In this document: piece by piece, positions 39,215-50,658 of the stretch | Numbering within the stretch: position 1 is the stretch's first letter | Layout of the letters: the number at the start of each line of letters is the position of its first letter | Source of the DNA: Promethearchaeota archaeon Loki_b32 | GTDB taxonomy: Archaea > Asgardarchaeota > Lokiarchaeia > Sigyniarchaeales > SOKP01 | Direction of reading: 5' to 3' | Assembly (NCBI GenBank): GCA_005223125.1 | Contig: NJBH01000001.1 | Coordinates: forward strand, 32,001 to 96,000 | Length of the DNA: 64,000 bases | Program-made: the position numbers and the translations under genes | Notes under the pieces: model-generated | The model's database searches: none | What the model was told of the DNA's origin: nothing | What the model saw: the letters and a program-made list of their open reading frames with translations, nothing else

Positions 39215-42200
39215 GTGTTAAATATAAAGAAAATAAAAAGAAAAAATCTAGTAGGATTAAAAATGACACAAAAAAGGGTCAAATCAATTATGCTTATTTT
39301 TGTTATATGCTCCTATCTCTTATTCCAAGTTTCTGATTTTTATGATTGGGGTCTAGATAAGGATTCAAAATCTCTTTTGGGATTATCAGGTGATCATGCT
39401 ACAGTTGAATGGGTAAGTATTTACGATGATCCAGAACCGTATAATTGGGATGAAGCTTATGATGTCGAGATTGATTCCTCAGGAAATGTTTATTGTGTCG
39501 GGGGTTCAATTAGAGATATGATTCTTGTAAAATATAACAGTAAAGGAGATTATATTTTGAATCGTACCTGGCATCCAGGGAGCGATTATGCAGAAGCAAA
39601 AGCAGTCGCTTTAGACTCATCAAATAATATTTATGTTGCAGGACAGGTTAACCTTCGTGAGGATATGTTTTTAATTAAATATAATAGTGACTGTGAATTT
39701 CAATGGGTTCGTATATGGGGGGGATCTCAAGAAGATCCTTGCTGGGATATGGCAATTGACTCTTCAGATAACATTTATATCGCTGGAGGTACAGAAAGTT
39801 TTTCAGTAGGAGATTGCGATTTTTGTGTAGTAAAATATGATTCTTCTGGCAATCAATAATGGAATCGTACTTGGGGGGGTTGGGATTTTGATTGTGCACG
39901 TTATATGGTAATAGATTCTTCTGATAATATAATTCTAGGGGGTAATACCGCAAGTTATGGGGATGGTTATTTAGGTTATTGTGATATGTGCCTTGTAAAA
40001 TACAACAGCCTAGGTGTATTACAATGGGATATGGTATGGGAAAGAGCCGCTGGTCATTATGAATTCAACGATGATCTTGTAATAGACTCATCTGGTAATA
40101 TTTTCACTTTTATACATGATCTTAATACCAATATTCCAATACTCGCAAAGTTTGACAATTCAGGTAACGAAATTTGGAATCGAACATATCCAGGATTAGG
40201 ATTTTTCGGAGTTAGTGAGATGGAAATAGATGCGTTTGATAATCTATATATAACTGATACTTTTGACTATAGAGATTTTGGATTCGCAAAATTCAACAAA
40301 TATGGGGATTTCCTATGGAGTGAAACATGGGGAACACTAGATGATGAGTTTTGTACTTCAATAGCCTTAAATTCAACTGATCATGTATATCTTGCGGGTT
40401 ATAGAAGTTTCCACAGTTATGGTCCAATGATTCTTGTAAAATTTAAGATTAATCCTCCAGAAGCGCCATACTTTACTGATATCCAAGAAAATTTTACAAT
40501 GTATGAAGGAGATATTTCAAAATCATTAGTATGGACACCTATCGATGAATCGATGTTTTATGATTCATATTGGATAATGCAAAATGAAACTAAGATAATG
40601 GAAGGAGAATGGGACGGATCTCAAATTACATATTCAAATTTAGAAGAGCTAATCCCTGGTATCTATAATTTTACCTGTTTTGTAAATAACACTTATGGAA
40701 AACTAAACAGTTCTTCAATTTTTTTTACCATTCTTCCTAATCTTCACACGCCAAATATAGATAGAAATACTAGTGATTTGATATTAAATATTGGTACAAG
40801 CAATTTTATTATTTCCTGGCACGCAATCGATCTTGATGGAAATAATAATAGTTTTTGGATTACGCGTAATTCTTCTATTCTTGCATCTGGAACTTGGAAT
40901 AATGATTCCGATATTATATTTATGGAGTCTGAAATACTAAACGTAGGATACTATAATTACACATGTTTTGTAAACGATACTTCGGGTTTGAAAAATCAGA
41001 CTTCTATTTATATTCAGATAATAAACCATGATCCGATTATATTCAATAATTCAATTGATTTTATTGTGAATGTAGGGACAACAGGATATTCTCTATCGTG
41101 GCATGCGAGTGATATTGATGGAAACACATTGATATATTGGATAGAAAGAAATGGGGGTCTAGTTGCTCAAGATTCTTGGGTTAATGATTCAGACATTATT
41201 TACGTTGAATCTGAATTCCTAAGTGCTGGAATTTATAATTATACTTGTTTTGTAAGCGATACTACAGGGGCTTTAAATCAGTCATCTATTTTTGTTAAGA
41301 TAAACTCATATCCTTATTATTCTGATGTTACTCTACCCTTAAACCACATATACGAACAAGATGCGGATTACGTCTTTAATTGTACGTGGACTGATATAGA
41401 TGGCACAATTGGGAAGGTTTTACTTGAATTTGATAGTTTCAATTTTACTGTAACGACCAATAAATCTGGAATTTTTACTTTTATATTAAATGATTTGAAT
41501 GCGAATGAAAATGGGTATAATTATAGGTGGCATGCAATGGATAATGACGGAGCGTGGACATCAACAGATTGGAAGAATTTTGTTCTTAATAAGAAGGTAA
41601 TTGAGCTAATAATTTTATTCAATGGCACTGAAGACAATTATTTCTATGACTTAAACCCCTTTATTAATATTACAGTTATTAACCTTAATTCTACTCCAGG
41701 AAAGATTAATTTATATGTCGATGGGGAATTAATACAACAAGAAACTGGATATCTTTTAGTGAATATTTCACAATTTTCACTAGGAAGTTTTAATATTACT
41801 GCGATTTTAACTGATGAAAATTATACCGGAAGTATAATGAGTTGGCTTCATTTAAGTGAATCAATACCTCCAGAAATAATATTCGAGTTTTCTGAATCTT
41901 ATGTGAATCTAACAGAACCGGAATATTTCCATGATGAAATAGAAGTGATCTGTACTGTTAATGATTTCTCTCTGGTATCTTGGGTTTATTGTTGTGAAAA
42001 TTCATCAGGAACTTTTTTAAATCATTCAATGTCAAGTTTAGGAAACAGTAATTGGACCTTTACTATAGATATTTCGGGATTAAATTGGAACGATGCAATT
42101 TCAGTATCTTTTTTTGCTAGAGATACTTGGGGGAATATTGGATTAAACAATAATTTCACAAAATTATATACAATAAGAATACATGACTTTCAGAAGCCTG

Positions 42201-42583
42201 TTACAACCCTATCATTTATACCTCATGAAGGAACAAATATTGTCAATAAATCAACCAAATTCTCTTTAACTGGTGATGATGGTTTAGGCTCTGGAATTGA
42301 AATTATAAGATACAAGATAAATGGCTCGGGATGGAGTGATTATAGTGCTTCATTTAATCTTACCAATTATAGTGAGGGATTTTATAATATTTCTTATTAT
42401 TCAATAGATCATGCTGGTAACGTTGAGGAAATTAATTCAATTATTATAGAATTGATAGAAGTACCTCAAGAAACACCTAAAAGTAGTTCTGCTATCCCTG
42501 GTTTTGATATCTTTTTTATATTTGGAATGATAGCCTTGATGACAATTTTCTTAATATGGCGGAGAGTTGAAATTAAAATTTAA
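39215..42583 (+). pseudogene. Surface protein (SBBP beta-propeller, Ig-like repeats, sorting tail) with in-frame TAA at 39857-39859
   Basis: The two ORFs share a frame: KYDSSGNQ*WNRTWGG; DSSxNIY repeats; tail IPGF-TM-RR. Confidence 0.82.
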
Positions 42584-42941
42584 TTAATTAGTTGGATTAT
42601 AAAAATTAAAAGAAGAAATTAATTCTTTCTATTTCTTCATTATGATAAAGCTGGTTCTGAGAAAAATATTCTATTTTTCCTAAATGACTTTAATATCCAT
42701 AGTGTTAATGAGTATTCGGGTACATTATTTAAGGAAAGAAGCCTCTAAACACAAATGATATATTAAATAGATGAAAAACTATAATTCAATTTTTTTAAAA
42801 TACAAATACATTTTAAGATATCGTCTAATTAAAAAACTCAAAACGTTAAAAAAGGGGATTTTGAGATAAATATATAAATTAAAAATGTGAAATTTATATG
42901 CAGGATTTCCTTATGATTTCTTAATAAAGAATTAGATTAAG

Positions 42942-43751
42942 GTGTGGATCAAAACGAACATCATATTATCATATTTTCATACTAGAATAGGGACAGACAT
43001 ATTCTATACGTTTCCAGGAACTCAAGTAGATAACGAAATATCAGATAGATTATATGATGTTATGACTCAGCAGAAAGATGAAGAATTTTTCTCACATGCC
43101 GTTGGAAATTTAAAGCTATTAAATTATTACTTTCAAATTCGTTCAGATTGGGCACGTGGTAGTAGAGAGATGCTAATGCTCTCGATAATGTTTAAGCAAC
43201 AAATTTCTCCAGAGATTGAAAGCAGTATCTCATTATTATGTAAAAAATTTGGAGAAAGGATGCGATCAAATGAAGATATTTTTACTGGGTTCCATTTAAA
43301 GGAATTAAACAATTACAATGAAGATAATAAAGAGCGTATAAGAACAAGCGAAGGATTAATCAAGGAATGGGTAAAGGATTTATATTGGGAAATTTTAGAA
43401 GAAACTAGAAAAAAATCAGAAGAAGAGAAAATAACTGTGTTATTAAACGACCGATATATATTTGAATCTTTAGAAAAAATGTCAGGAGAATTGAAAAATA
43501 TCAATAGAGAGATAAATTCCAGTAAGGATTCCTTGAAAACAAATCTAAATATTAGTAATTCAATTTCAAGTTTAAATAAAATTATTGATGATTTATATGG
43601 TGGCTACATAGAAAAAATGACAGAGCTTGACATTGAGAATGAAAATGGCTTATTTTCCACTGAAGAAGATGAAGATCCTGACATTAAAAAGAGTAAAAAA
43701 GAAAAGCTACTTCAACTTTTAGAAGATGAGATCTCGGGAAAAAAAGAATAG
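42942..43751 (+). CDS. Asgard-type hypothetical protein (uDENN/longin-like N-terminus, acidic coiled tail)
   Basis: IILSYFHTRIG...FQIRSDWARGSREMLMLS; similar to the N-domain of 17405..18415. Confidence 0.55.
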   Translation: MWIKTNIILSYFHTRIGTDIFYTFPGTQVDNEISDRLYDVMTQQKDEEFFSHAVGNLKLLNYYFQIRSDWARGSREMLMLSIMFKQQISPEIESSISLLCKKFGERMRSNEDIFTGFHLKELNNYNEDNKERIRTSEGLIKEWVKDLYWEILEETRKKSEEEKITVLLNDRYIFESLEKMSGELKNINREINSSKDSLKTNLNISNSISSLNKIIDDLYGGYIEKMTELDIENENGLFSTEEDEDPDIKKSKKEKLLQLLEDEISGKKE

Positions 43752-43899
43752 ACTTATTTTAGAATTTATTAAGAATGGTTTATTAGCTCAAAAGTTTCAG
43801 TAAAGAATTCGTCGGAATAGTCTTTTTAAAAAAAAATTTATTAACTATAACATTTTATAATTTAAGTTTATAGGAAATAATGGGGAATAGTGATATCTT

Positions 43900-44199
43900 A
43901 TTTCTAAGCCAGTTATACATGTTTTATTAAAAGCTGAAGACGACACCTCATGTGCTAAATGTTGCAAAACAAGAAATATTATTGAGCGGATATTCGTATC
44001 AATACCAGAATTTAGTCAAAAAATTGAAGTAAGTTATGAAGATGTTTACTCCGCTGATAATATAAAAAAATTTGGAGATTTAACACCACCAGTAATCATC
44101 ATTGAAGATCGTATTTTAACTGAAGGACACGTTCCAATTATGAAAAAGCTCGCTCGAGATTTATATAATTTAATTGAGCTAAATAAATCAAGGGCATAA
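43900..44199 (+). CDS. Small thioredoxin-fold protein (99 aa, ATT start, not in ORF track)
   Basis: (M)SKPVIHVLL...SCAKCCKT...TPPVIIIEDRILTEGHVP. Confidence 0.75.
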   Translation: MSKPVIHVLLKAEDDTSCAKCCKTRNIIERIFVSIPEFSQKIEVSYEDVYSADNIKKFGDLTPPVIIIEDRILTEGHVPIMKKLARDLYNLIELNKSRA

Positions 44200-44455
44200 A
44201 GATTTTATAAAATCTGAATCTCCCTTTCCAAAAATCTTTATAGTATAATTATAGGTATAGTAATATCTTTCCCTTAAATATAAAGATATATGAGAACCTT
44301 AAAGATTTAAGTACAAATATGGTATAAGAAATGTTGAGGTTTAATTTATGAGAAATAATACCTAATTAAATATTTCCAGTTATGTTTTATGAAAATAAGC
44401 AAATTTTATTTTATTTAGAAAAAAAGTTATAACCAAAAATGAGATGATGTTTAAT

Positions 44456-44611
44456 ATGGAATGTTTAAATTGTGGTGCAGAACTCAACAGTGATATTCAA
44501 AATTTTTGCGAGTTTTGTGGAAATAAATTAAATACAAAAGTTCAATCCGATAATAAATCCACAACTCAAGTTGAAAAAGTAGAATTTTCACGACGAAAAC
44601 GATGCTGTTAA
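44456..44611 (+). CDS. 51-aa zinc-ribbon protein ending RRKRCC (not in ORF track)
   Basis: MECLNCG...FCEFCG...FSRRKRCC*. Confidence 0.75.
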   Translation: MECLNCGAELNSDIQNFCEFCGNKLNTKVQSDNKSTTQVEKVEFSRRKRCC

Positions 44612-44760
44612 TTATTCTCGAATATTTTCTTACAAATATTTGAGAAAATTAGAATGAAAAATTAAAAAAATAGTTAAAAAAATTATTTTATAGATTCTAA
44701 TAAAGCGAGAAATATTTGTTTGGAGGCATCGGGTAGATCTTCAATTTTGGAGTTTATTCT

Positions 44761-45018
44761 TTACACTCCTGTTTTTCTCTGTATTAAGTATAAGATTATT
44801 CCTATAATTCCTAAAATACCACAGAGGATAAGGAATGGAATAAATAAAATACCCAACACACCTGTTATTATATCTCTTTCTCCTGAAAATGTTGAAATTG
44901 CATTTTCGAGTATGTATTGAATTAAATCTTGAAAGAAAACAAACCAAATAGTATATACAACAATAACCAAGGCTATAATAAGGATTCCAAATTTGCCTAT
45001 TCTTATTTTACTAGTCAT
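44761..45018 (-). CDS. Small 2-TM protein
   Basis: Two hydrophobic helices; directly downstream of the ligase. Confidence 0.65.
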   Translation of the reverse strand: MTSKIRIGKFGILIIALVIVVYTIWFVFFQDLIQYILENAISTFSGERDIITGVLGILFIPFLILCGILGIIGIILYLIQRKTGV

Positions 45019-45058
45019 TTTCCATCAATCTATTATTTTTAATTTAAGCTGCTTGGAT

Positions 45059-46699
45059 TTATTCAATTCCAAGTTTGTTTTTTTCTTGTTGTACTAATTC
45101 TCGCCGTAATATTTTACCCGAACCTGATTTTGGAATATTGTCAACAAATTCGACCTCGCGTATTTTCTTGTAAGCAGAAATCTTTTCAGCAACCCATTTC
45201 ATAATCTCATCCTCAGTCACCTTGCCTTTAGACTCAGGATTTAAAATTATAAAGGCTTTCGGAATTTCACCAACATCTAATTCTTTAGACGGCTTCCCAA
45301 TGACAGCTACATCAAATACATGTGGGTTTTTGAAAAGTAAATCCTCAAGTTCAGCGGGTGCGATGCTCCAACCCTTATATTTTATCATTTCTTTGATGCG
45401 GTCTAAAAGATGCTGGTACTCATCTTCATCGATATATGCCATATCACCAGTTCTCAGCCATTTTTCACCAGTTTTTGGGTCAATCCAGAATGCGTCCCTA
45501 GTAGCTTCAGGTTTTTTCCAATAACCTTTCATAACCTGAGGTCCTTTAATAACCAGTTCACCGACCTGCCCGCGTTCAGGTAACTCTTCACCAGTCTCTA
45601 AATCAATAATTTTATGAAAAGTATCTGGAATTAAGGTACCTTGAGATTCCATTTTAGGGCGATACATTGGATTTACAGCAACAACCGGAGAAGCCTCAGT
45701 CAAACCCCAACCATGTTGGATGATTATTTCTTTAGCATCGCATTTTTCTTTTGCCAGTTTATCAAACCTTTCAAGAAGCTCGAGAGGGATTGGAGCTGCA
45801 CCATTGTTAAAGATTTTTAAGTTTGTCCAATCGTATCCTTTTATATTTGGATCTTCAAGGTGTCTAACTACAGCGAGAAATATCGGAGGTACACATAGAC
45901 TATATGTTACTTGATATTTTTCTATGAGTTCACAGAATTCCTTAACCTCGAATCTCGGGGTCACTACCTGTGCTGCACCTAACCATAATGTTTGGTTCAT
46001 ACACACATTTAATCCATATATATGGTAAAGAGGAAGTACCGTCATAGCGATATCTAATTCACTTAACTCGAAAATCTGGGATATTTGGATAACATTTGAT
46101 ACTATATTATAATGTGTGAGCATAGTTCCTTTTGGTAATCCAGTAGTTCCACTCGTATATACTAACGCAGCAAGATCTTCTTTTGGGTCGAAATTGTATT
46201 CTGGAGGATCTGGTTTTGTATTTGCTATTAGTTCTGACCATCCAAGTGTTCCCTCTGGCTTCTCTCCTGATCCTATTACTATAATATTTTTAATATTTGT
46301 TTTATCCTTAACTGCTGCTACATTTGGATATTCAGGTTGGGAAACGATGATTGTTTCTGCTCCAGAATCATTTGCTTCATATTCTACTTCAGTTTCTTTG
46401 AATAATGGATTCATAGGTACCAAAATAGCGCCTGCTCTTTCTAATCCCAAGAAGGAAATTTCCCATTGGATTGAATTTGGTCCATATAAAGCGACTCTAT
46501 CTCCTTTTTTCACTCCTAAGTTTTTTAATGCCGTAGCGAATATGTCTACTTGATTTCTAAATTGTTTGTATGTCATATTTTTAGGATATAGGAAAGCTGG
46601 TCTATCTGGAAACCTTTTAGCTGTTTCTTCTAAAACCTTATGAATAGGGATTTCGGGATAATAAAGATGACCCCTTTTGTATTTAACCACTAATTTCAC
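45059..46699 (-). CDS. fadD: Long-chain fatty acid-CoA ligase
   Basis: YTSGTTGLPKG; GWGLTEASP; LRTGD; PKSGSGKILRR. Confidence 0.9.
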   Translation of the reverse strand: MKLVVKYKRGHLYYPEIPIHKVLEETAKRFPDRPAFLYPKNMTYKQFRNQVDIFATALKNLGVKKGDRVALYGPNSIQWEISFLGLERAGAILVPMNPLFKETEVEYEANDSGAETIIVSQPEYPNVAAVKDKTNIKNIIVIGSGEKPEGTLGWSELIANTKPDPPEYNFDPKEDLAALVYTSGTTGLPKGTMLTHYNIVSNVIQISQIFELSELDIAMTVLPLYHIYGLNVCMNQTLWLGAAQVVTPRFEVKEFCELIEKYQVTYSLCVPPIFLAVVRHLEDPNIKGYDWTNLKIFNNGAAPIPLELLERFDKLAKEKCDAKEIIIQHGWGLTEASPVVAVNPMYRPKMESQGTLIPDTFHKIIDLETGEELPERGQVGELVIKGPQVMKGYWKKPEATRDAFWIDPKTGEKWLRTGDMAYIDEDEYQHLLDRIKEMIKYKGWSIAPAELEDLLFKNPHVFDVAVIGKPSKELDVGEIPKAFIILNPESKGKVTEDEIMKWVAEKISAYKKIREVEFVDNIPKSGSGKILRRELVQQEKNKLGIE

Positions 46700-46818
46700 C
46701 TATTTAATAACTAATTTAAACTATACGTGATATGTCTATTAATAATTATTTGTCAATAAATATTAAATATTTCATGGTAGTAATAAGATTCATAATAAAT
46801 TACCAATAAAGTTCTAAA

Positions 46819-48768
46819 ATGGAAGAAAATTTTGATATTATTGTAGTTGGTGCTGGTTTTGGGGGTCCTGTTGCTGCAAAAATATGTGCAGAAGCAGGTT
46901 TAAAAACTTTAATAATTGAAAGATCTGAGAATGTTGGGGATAAAGTAATTTCTGGATTAACAATTCCATTTTATGGATTTTTATTTGGTCCAGAGTTTAT
47001 TAGAGATGGTAACCCACCATTTGAACGCCCTGCTGATGGTATAATTAATTATATTATTAGAGATATTGAGAAAGGAGTTATTGATATTGATGATTCTTTA
47101 AGAGTTCCAAAACCCTTCTCTCCTATTATTGCTTTTGGATATAATACATATTGTAAACCTTTTTGTGAATGGGAAGTAAGGAAAGCGGTTGATGCAGGTG
47201 CTATATTGAAGACATCCACTACTGTCATAGATGTTATAAAGAAGAATGACTATATTTCAGGAGTAATTACAGATAAAGGAGAGCGAATACGGAGTAAAAT
47301 CATCATTGATGCTGAAGGTTCAAAAGGATTATTGGCAATAAAGGCAGGTATAAGAGAAAGATATCCTCCTGAAACCATATCTTTGGCTGACACATACGAT
47401 TATGTTATGGCAAAAGAAGATATTGATAAAATTTTTGGTTATTCTGTAAAAATGTGTTGGGGGTGGGATGAGCAACGGATAGCACCTCCACTTGGGTATG
47501 GAAACGGTTTAATGGTATGGCCTTATCGAAATAGTCTTCATTTTATGCAAGATCAATGTTTAAGAATAGATAAAGAACATATTCCCAATTTAAATAAACT
47601 CTTTAAAGAGTATCATAGTAATATTACTCAAAAATTACCTTGGTGGCAAAATTTAGTGGAACCTCGTGCTAAATTAAGAGCAAGAATGTGGGATGGTTTT
47701 GAAATTTATGTTGGTTTGGATAAGAAAATGCGTAATATGCCTAATCATACAAATGGAATGATATTAATAGGAGATGCAGCAGGACTTGAAAGCACAGAAT
47801 TGTGTGATGGAGTGCCTGCAGCTTGGTTTTCAGCAGAAATAGCTGCTAATGTAGCAATTGAAGCAATAAAAGTCAATAATATTTCAAAATCTTTCTTGAA
47901 AAAATATGATATCAAAATAAAAGCACATCCAATAATTCAATGGTCAATTTCGGGAAAAAATAGATTTAATTTACGATATGCTCAAAAAGAGCACAATTTA
48001 AAGAAGCTAAAAAAAAGTATTCATAATGGGTGGGGTTTAGGATCGTTAACTCATTTTACAACCCCCCTTTTGAAAGCTTTGCTTTCCTATGTGAATAAAG
48101 ATCCGACAATTATAACAAAGTGGATAAAAATGTTTTTCAGATATTATCAGAATTGGATTTATGAGTATTATGATTACTCTAAGAAACGAAAATTAGGAAA
48201 AGTATCATCTAAAAGACTTAAAAAGTTGGAAATAAAATTCACACGATATATGAAATTAATAGATTCTCTTTTAATATCCTTAAGAAAAAGACGTAAATTA
48301 CTCTCTGTTATAATAATTCCTTTTTCAAATTCTTTAAATACGTTATTAAAAAAAATTTTACCAATATTTGAACCTATTTATTCATTTACTTTAAAATTAG
48401 TAAACCCAATTTCAAATCAATTATGTAATAGAATATTAAAATTTGTTGAATATGCTAATCCTTCTATTTTTCGTGTAAGAATAGAAAGGAGTGAATTAAT
48501 GGTAAAAACTTTTAAGGATTTTCCTGGTGTAGAGTGGGTTGAAGGAACAGGGGACTTCATAAAAATTAATGACGCTAAATGTATAGGATGTATGAATTGT
48601 GTGAACGTATGTTTAGCAGGTTGTTTTGAAATTGTAGATAAAAAAGCGCGAGTTAAAGATTTAGAAAAATGTATGGAGTGTGCATCCTGTTGGTATGTAT
48701 GTAAAGAGGACGCTATAATTTTCTCTTGGCCTTTAGGAGGTACTGGATATAAGAGTGATTGGGGTTAA
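46819..48768 (+). CDS. FixC/geranylgeranyl-reductase-family flavoprotein fused to a 4Fe-4S ferredoxin
   Basis: VVGAGFGG; IDAEG; LIGDAAG; CIGCMNCVNVC and CMECASCWYVC. Confidence 0.85.
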   Translation: MEENFDIIVVGAGFGGPVAAKICAEAGLKTLIIERSENVGDKVISGLTIPFYGFLFGPEFIRDGNPPFERPADGIINYIIRDIEKGVIDIDDSLRVPKPFSPIIAFGYNTYCKPFCEWEVRKAVDAGAILKTSTTVIDVIKKNDYISGVITDKGERIRSKIIIDAEGSKGLLAIKAGIRERYPPETISLADTYDYVMAKEDIDKIFGYSVKMCWGWDEQRIAPPLGYGNGLMVWPYRNSLHFMQDQCLRIDKEHIPNLNKLFKEYHSNITQKLPWWQNLVEPRAKLRARMWDGFEIYVGLDKKMRNMPNHTNGMILIGDAAGLESTELCDGVPAAWFSAEIAANVAIEAIKVNNISKSFLKKYDIKIKAHPIIQWSISGKNRFNLRYAQKEHNLKKLKKSIHNGWGLGSLTHFTTPLLKALLSYVNKDPTIITKWIKMFFRYYQNWIYEYYDYSKKRKLGKVSSKRLKKLEIKFTRYMKLIDSLLISLRKRRKLLSVIIIPFSNSLNTLLKKILPIFEPIYSFTLKLVNPISNQLCNRILKFVEYANPSIFRVRIERSELMVKTFKDFPGVEWVEGTGDFIKINDAKCIGCMNCVNVCLAGCFEIVDKKARVKDLEKCMECASCWYVCKEDAIIFSWPLGGTGYKSDWG

Positions 48769-48886
48769 GATTATAAACTTATTATAAGTATCATTGTTAA
48801 TGCTAGTTGATGGTATTAATGAAACAGCTATATACGTGGGTGTTGTAGGCAAAAAGGTTTAAAAGAAAAAATAAAAAAAAAAAGAA

Positions 48887-49432
48887 TTAACTGGTTGTAA
48901 TAAAGCCGAAAACAACAAATATCAGTACACCCATAATAAGGCACATTATCCCGTAAATATAATAAGCTCTGAGATATTTATCACTTAAAAACATTAGATC
49001 CGTCATATACCAACTCACACATCCACCAATGCCCCATATAGTTATATCAGTAATTACATTTGCAGCACTATCAAACTCGACTTTAATATCTACCATATAA
49101 AGGAGTGTATTTTCAATAACTTCCCAAAGAACTGCGACAATAACTACAATCATCCAGTAAAGAACAAAACTTTTAAATTCTGGATCGTTGATTGGATCTT
49201 TAGGAACACCCGTTAAATTCTTTATTATCCAACCAAATGTGAATACAAAAACAAAGAGTGCTACACCGCAAAGGAAATGTCCTATTGACCAATAATCAAA
49301 GGATGCAATTGAAATATCTGGTGTATCTAATGCGACTACTGGAATGTCAAATACAGCAGCAACAATTGGAGTTATAATTACTATTATTAGCAATCCCAAC
49401 ATCATTAAGAGAGGGATATATCTTTTTTCCAT
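48887..49432 (-). CDS. Membrane protein
   Basis: DYWSIGHF...WEVIEN...DSAANVITD; 5 TM segments. Confidence 0.7.
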   Translation of the reverse strand: MEKRYIPLLMMLGLLIIVIITPIVAAVFDIPVVALDTPDISIASFDYWSIGHFLCGVALFVFVFTFGWIIKNLTGVPKDPINDPEFKSFVLYWMIVVIVAVLWEVIENTLLYMVDIKVEFDSAANVITDITIWGIGGCVSWYMTDLMFLSDKYLRAYYIYGIMCLIMGVLIFVVFGFITTS

Positions 49433-49630
49433 AACTTAAATCACCTAATTATTTCATTTTGATTTGAATTTCATTTATGGTAACATCGAATAAGACGCCC
49501 TTAAATTTATAGCTTAACTTTTTCAATAATTTTGAAAATTTTGAGATAATTGTAATGATAAATGATCCATAAATGCAAGCTTTTTTTATGAATTTGTAAA
49601 ATTCCAACATAAAACTATTGGAAATTTTTA

Positions 49631-50107
49631 TTAGAGATTGGTTAAACTATTTTTTCTTTTTTCTACATATTGCTGGTGATACTCCTCAGCTTGCCAAAAA
49701 TCTGATGCTGAGACAATTTGAGTAACAATCGGGTTTTTAAATCGCTTAGATGCCTCAAGTTTGGCCTTAAAACTCTCAGCTTTTTCCCTTTGCGCCTCAT
49801 TAAGATAAAAAATCGCTGATCGATACTGATCGCCAATATCAGGACCTTGGCGATTCAGAGTTGTAGGATCATGAATCGACCAGAAGATTTCGAGAAGATC
49901 ATCATATGATACTTTAGATGGATCAAATGTTACTTCTACAGCTTCAGCATGACCAGTCTTATGAGAACATACTTTCTTATAGGTGGGATTAGAAAAGGGG
50001 CCTCCTGTATATCCCACACGAGTAGATACAACACCCTCTTTTTTCCTAAAATTTGCTTCTACACCCCAGAAACAGCCTGCTGCAAAAATAGCTCTTTGAG
50101 TTCCCAT
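49631..50107 (-). CDS. msrA: Peptide-methionine (S)-S-oxide reductase
   Basis: AGCFWG; GHAEAV; HDPTTLNRQG; AEEYHQQY. Confidence 0.97.
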   Translation of the reverse strand: MGTQRAIFAAGCFWGVEANFRKKEGVVSTRVGYTGGPFSNPTYKKVCSHKTGHAEAVEVTFDPSKVSYDDLLEIFWSIHDPTTLNRQGPDIGDQYRSAIFYLNEAQREKAESFKAKLEASKRFKNPIVTQIVSASDFWQAEEYHQQYVEKRKNSLTNL

Positions 50108-50259
50108 AATTTTAAATTAGTAATTTTGAAAGTTAAACCTAAGGGTAATTTTGTATAAATTAAGTATGAAGATCTGGTTTTTTTTATAAGAGAGTAGAAT
50201 CAAGGCGTTTAAAGTTTATAATACAAGAATTATAATAACAGTAATTCCTTGTCAAATTT

Positions 50260-50658
50260 ATGGAGTCTAAAACGTCTGAAGATAAATGGAAAAAGAAACT
50301 AACAAAAGAACAATACCGTGTTCTCCGTAAAAAGGGAACTGAACCCGCATTTACAGGAAAATATTGGGATTATCATGAAAAAGGTATATACAAATGTGCT
50401 GGTTGTGGTACACATTTATTCTCTTCGGAGAAAAAATTTGATTCTGGATCTGGGTGGCCTAGTTTTGATCAACCCATTGATGAGGTTAATGTAGAAGAAA
50501 AATTAGATACAAATTATGGAATGAAAAGAACTGAAGTCCTTTGTAACAAATGCGGAGGCCATTTGGGACATCTTTTTAATGATGGCCCAAAAACAACAGG
50601 GTGTCGATATTGTATTAATTCGATTTCCTTAGATTTTCAGCCTGATGCTAAGCATTAA
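50260..50658 (+). CDS. msrB: Peptide-methionine (R)-S-oxide reductase
   Basis: GTEPAF; GSGWPSF; HLGHLF; RYCINS. Confidence 0.97.
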   Translation: MESKTSEDKWKKKLTKEQYRVLRKKGTEPAFTGKYWDYHEKGIYKCAGCGTHLFSSEKKFDSGSGWPSFDQPIDEVNVEEKLDTNYGMKRTEVLCNKCGGHLGHLFNDGPKTTGCRYCINSISLDFQPDAKH

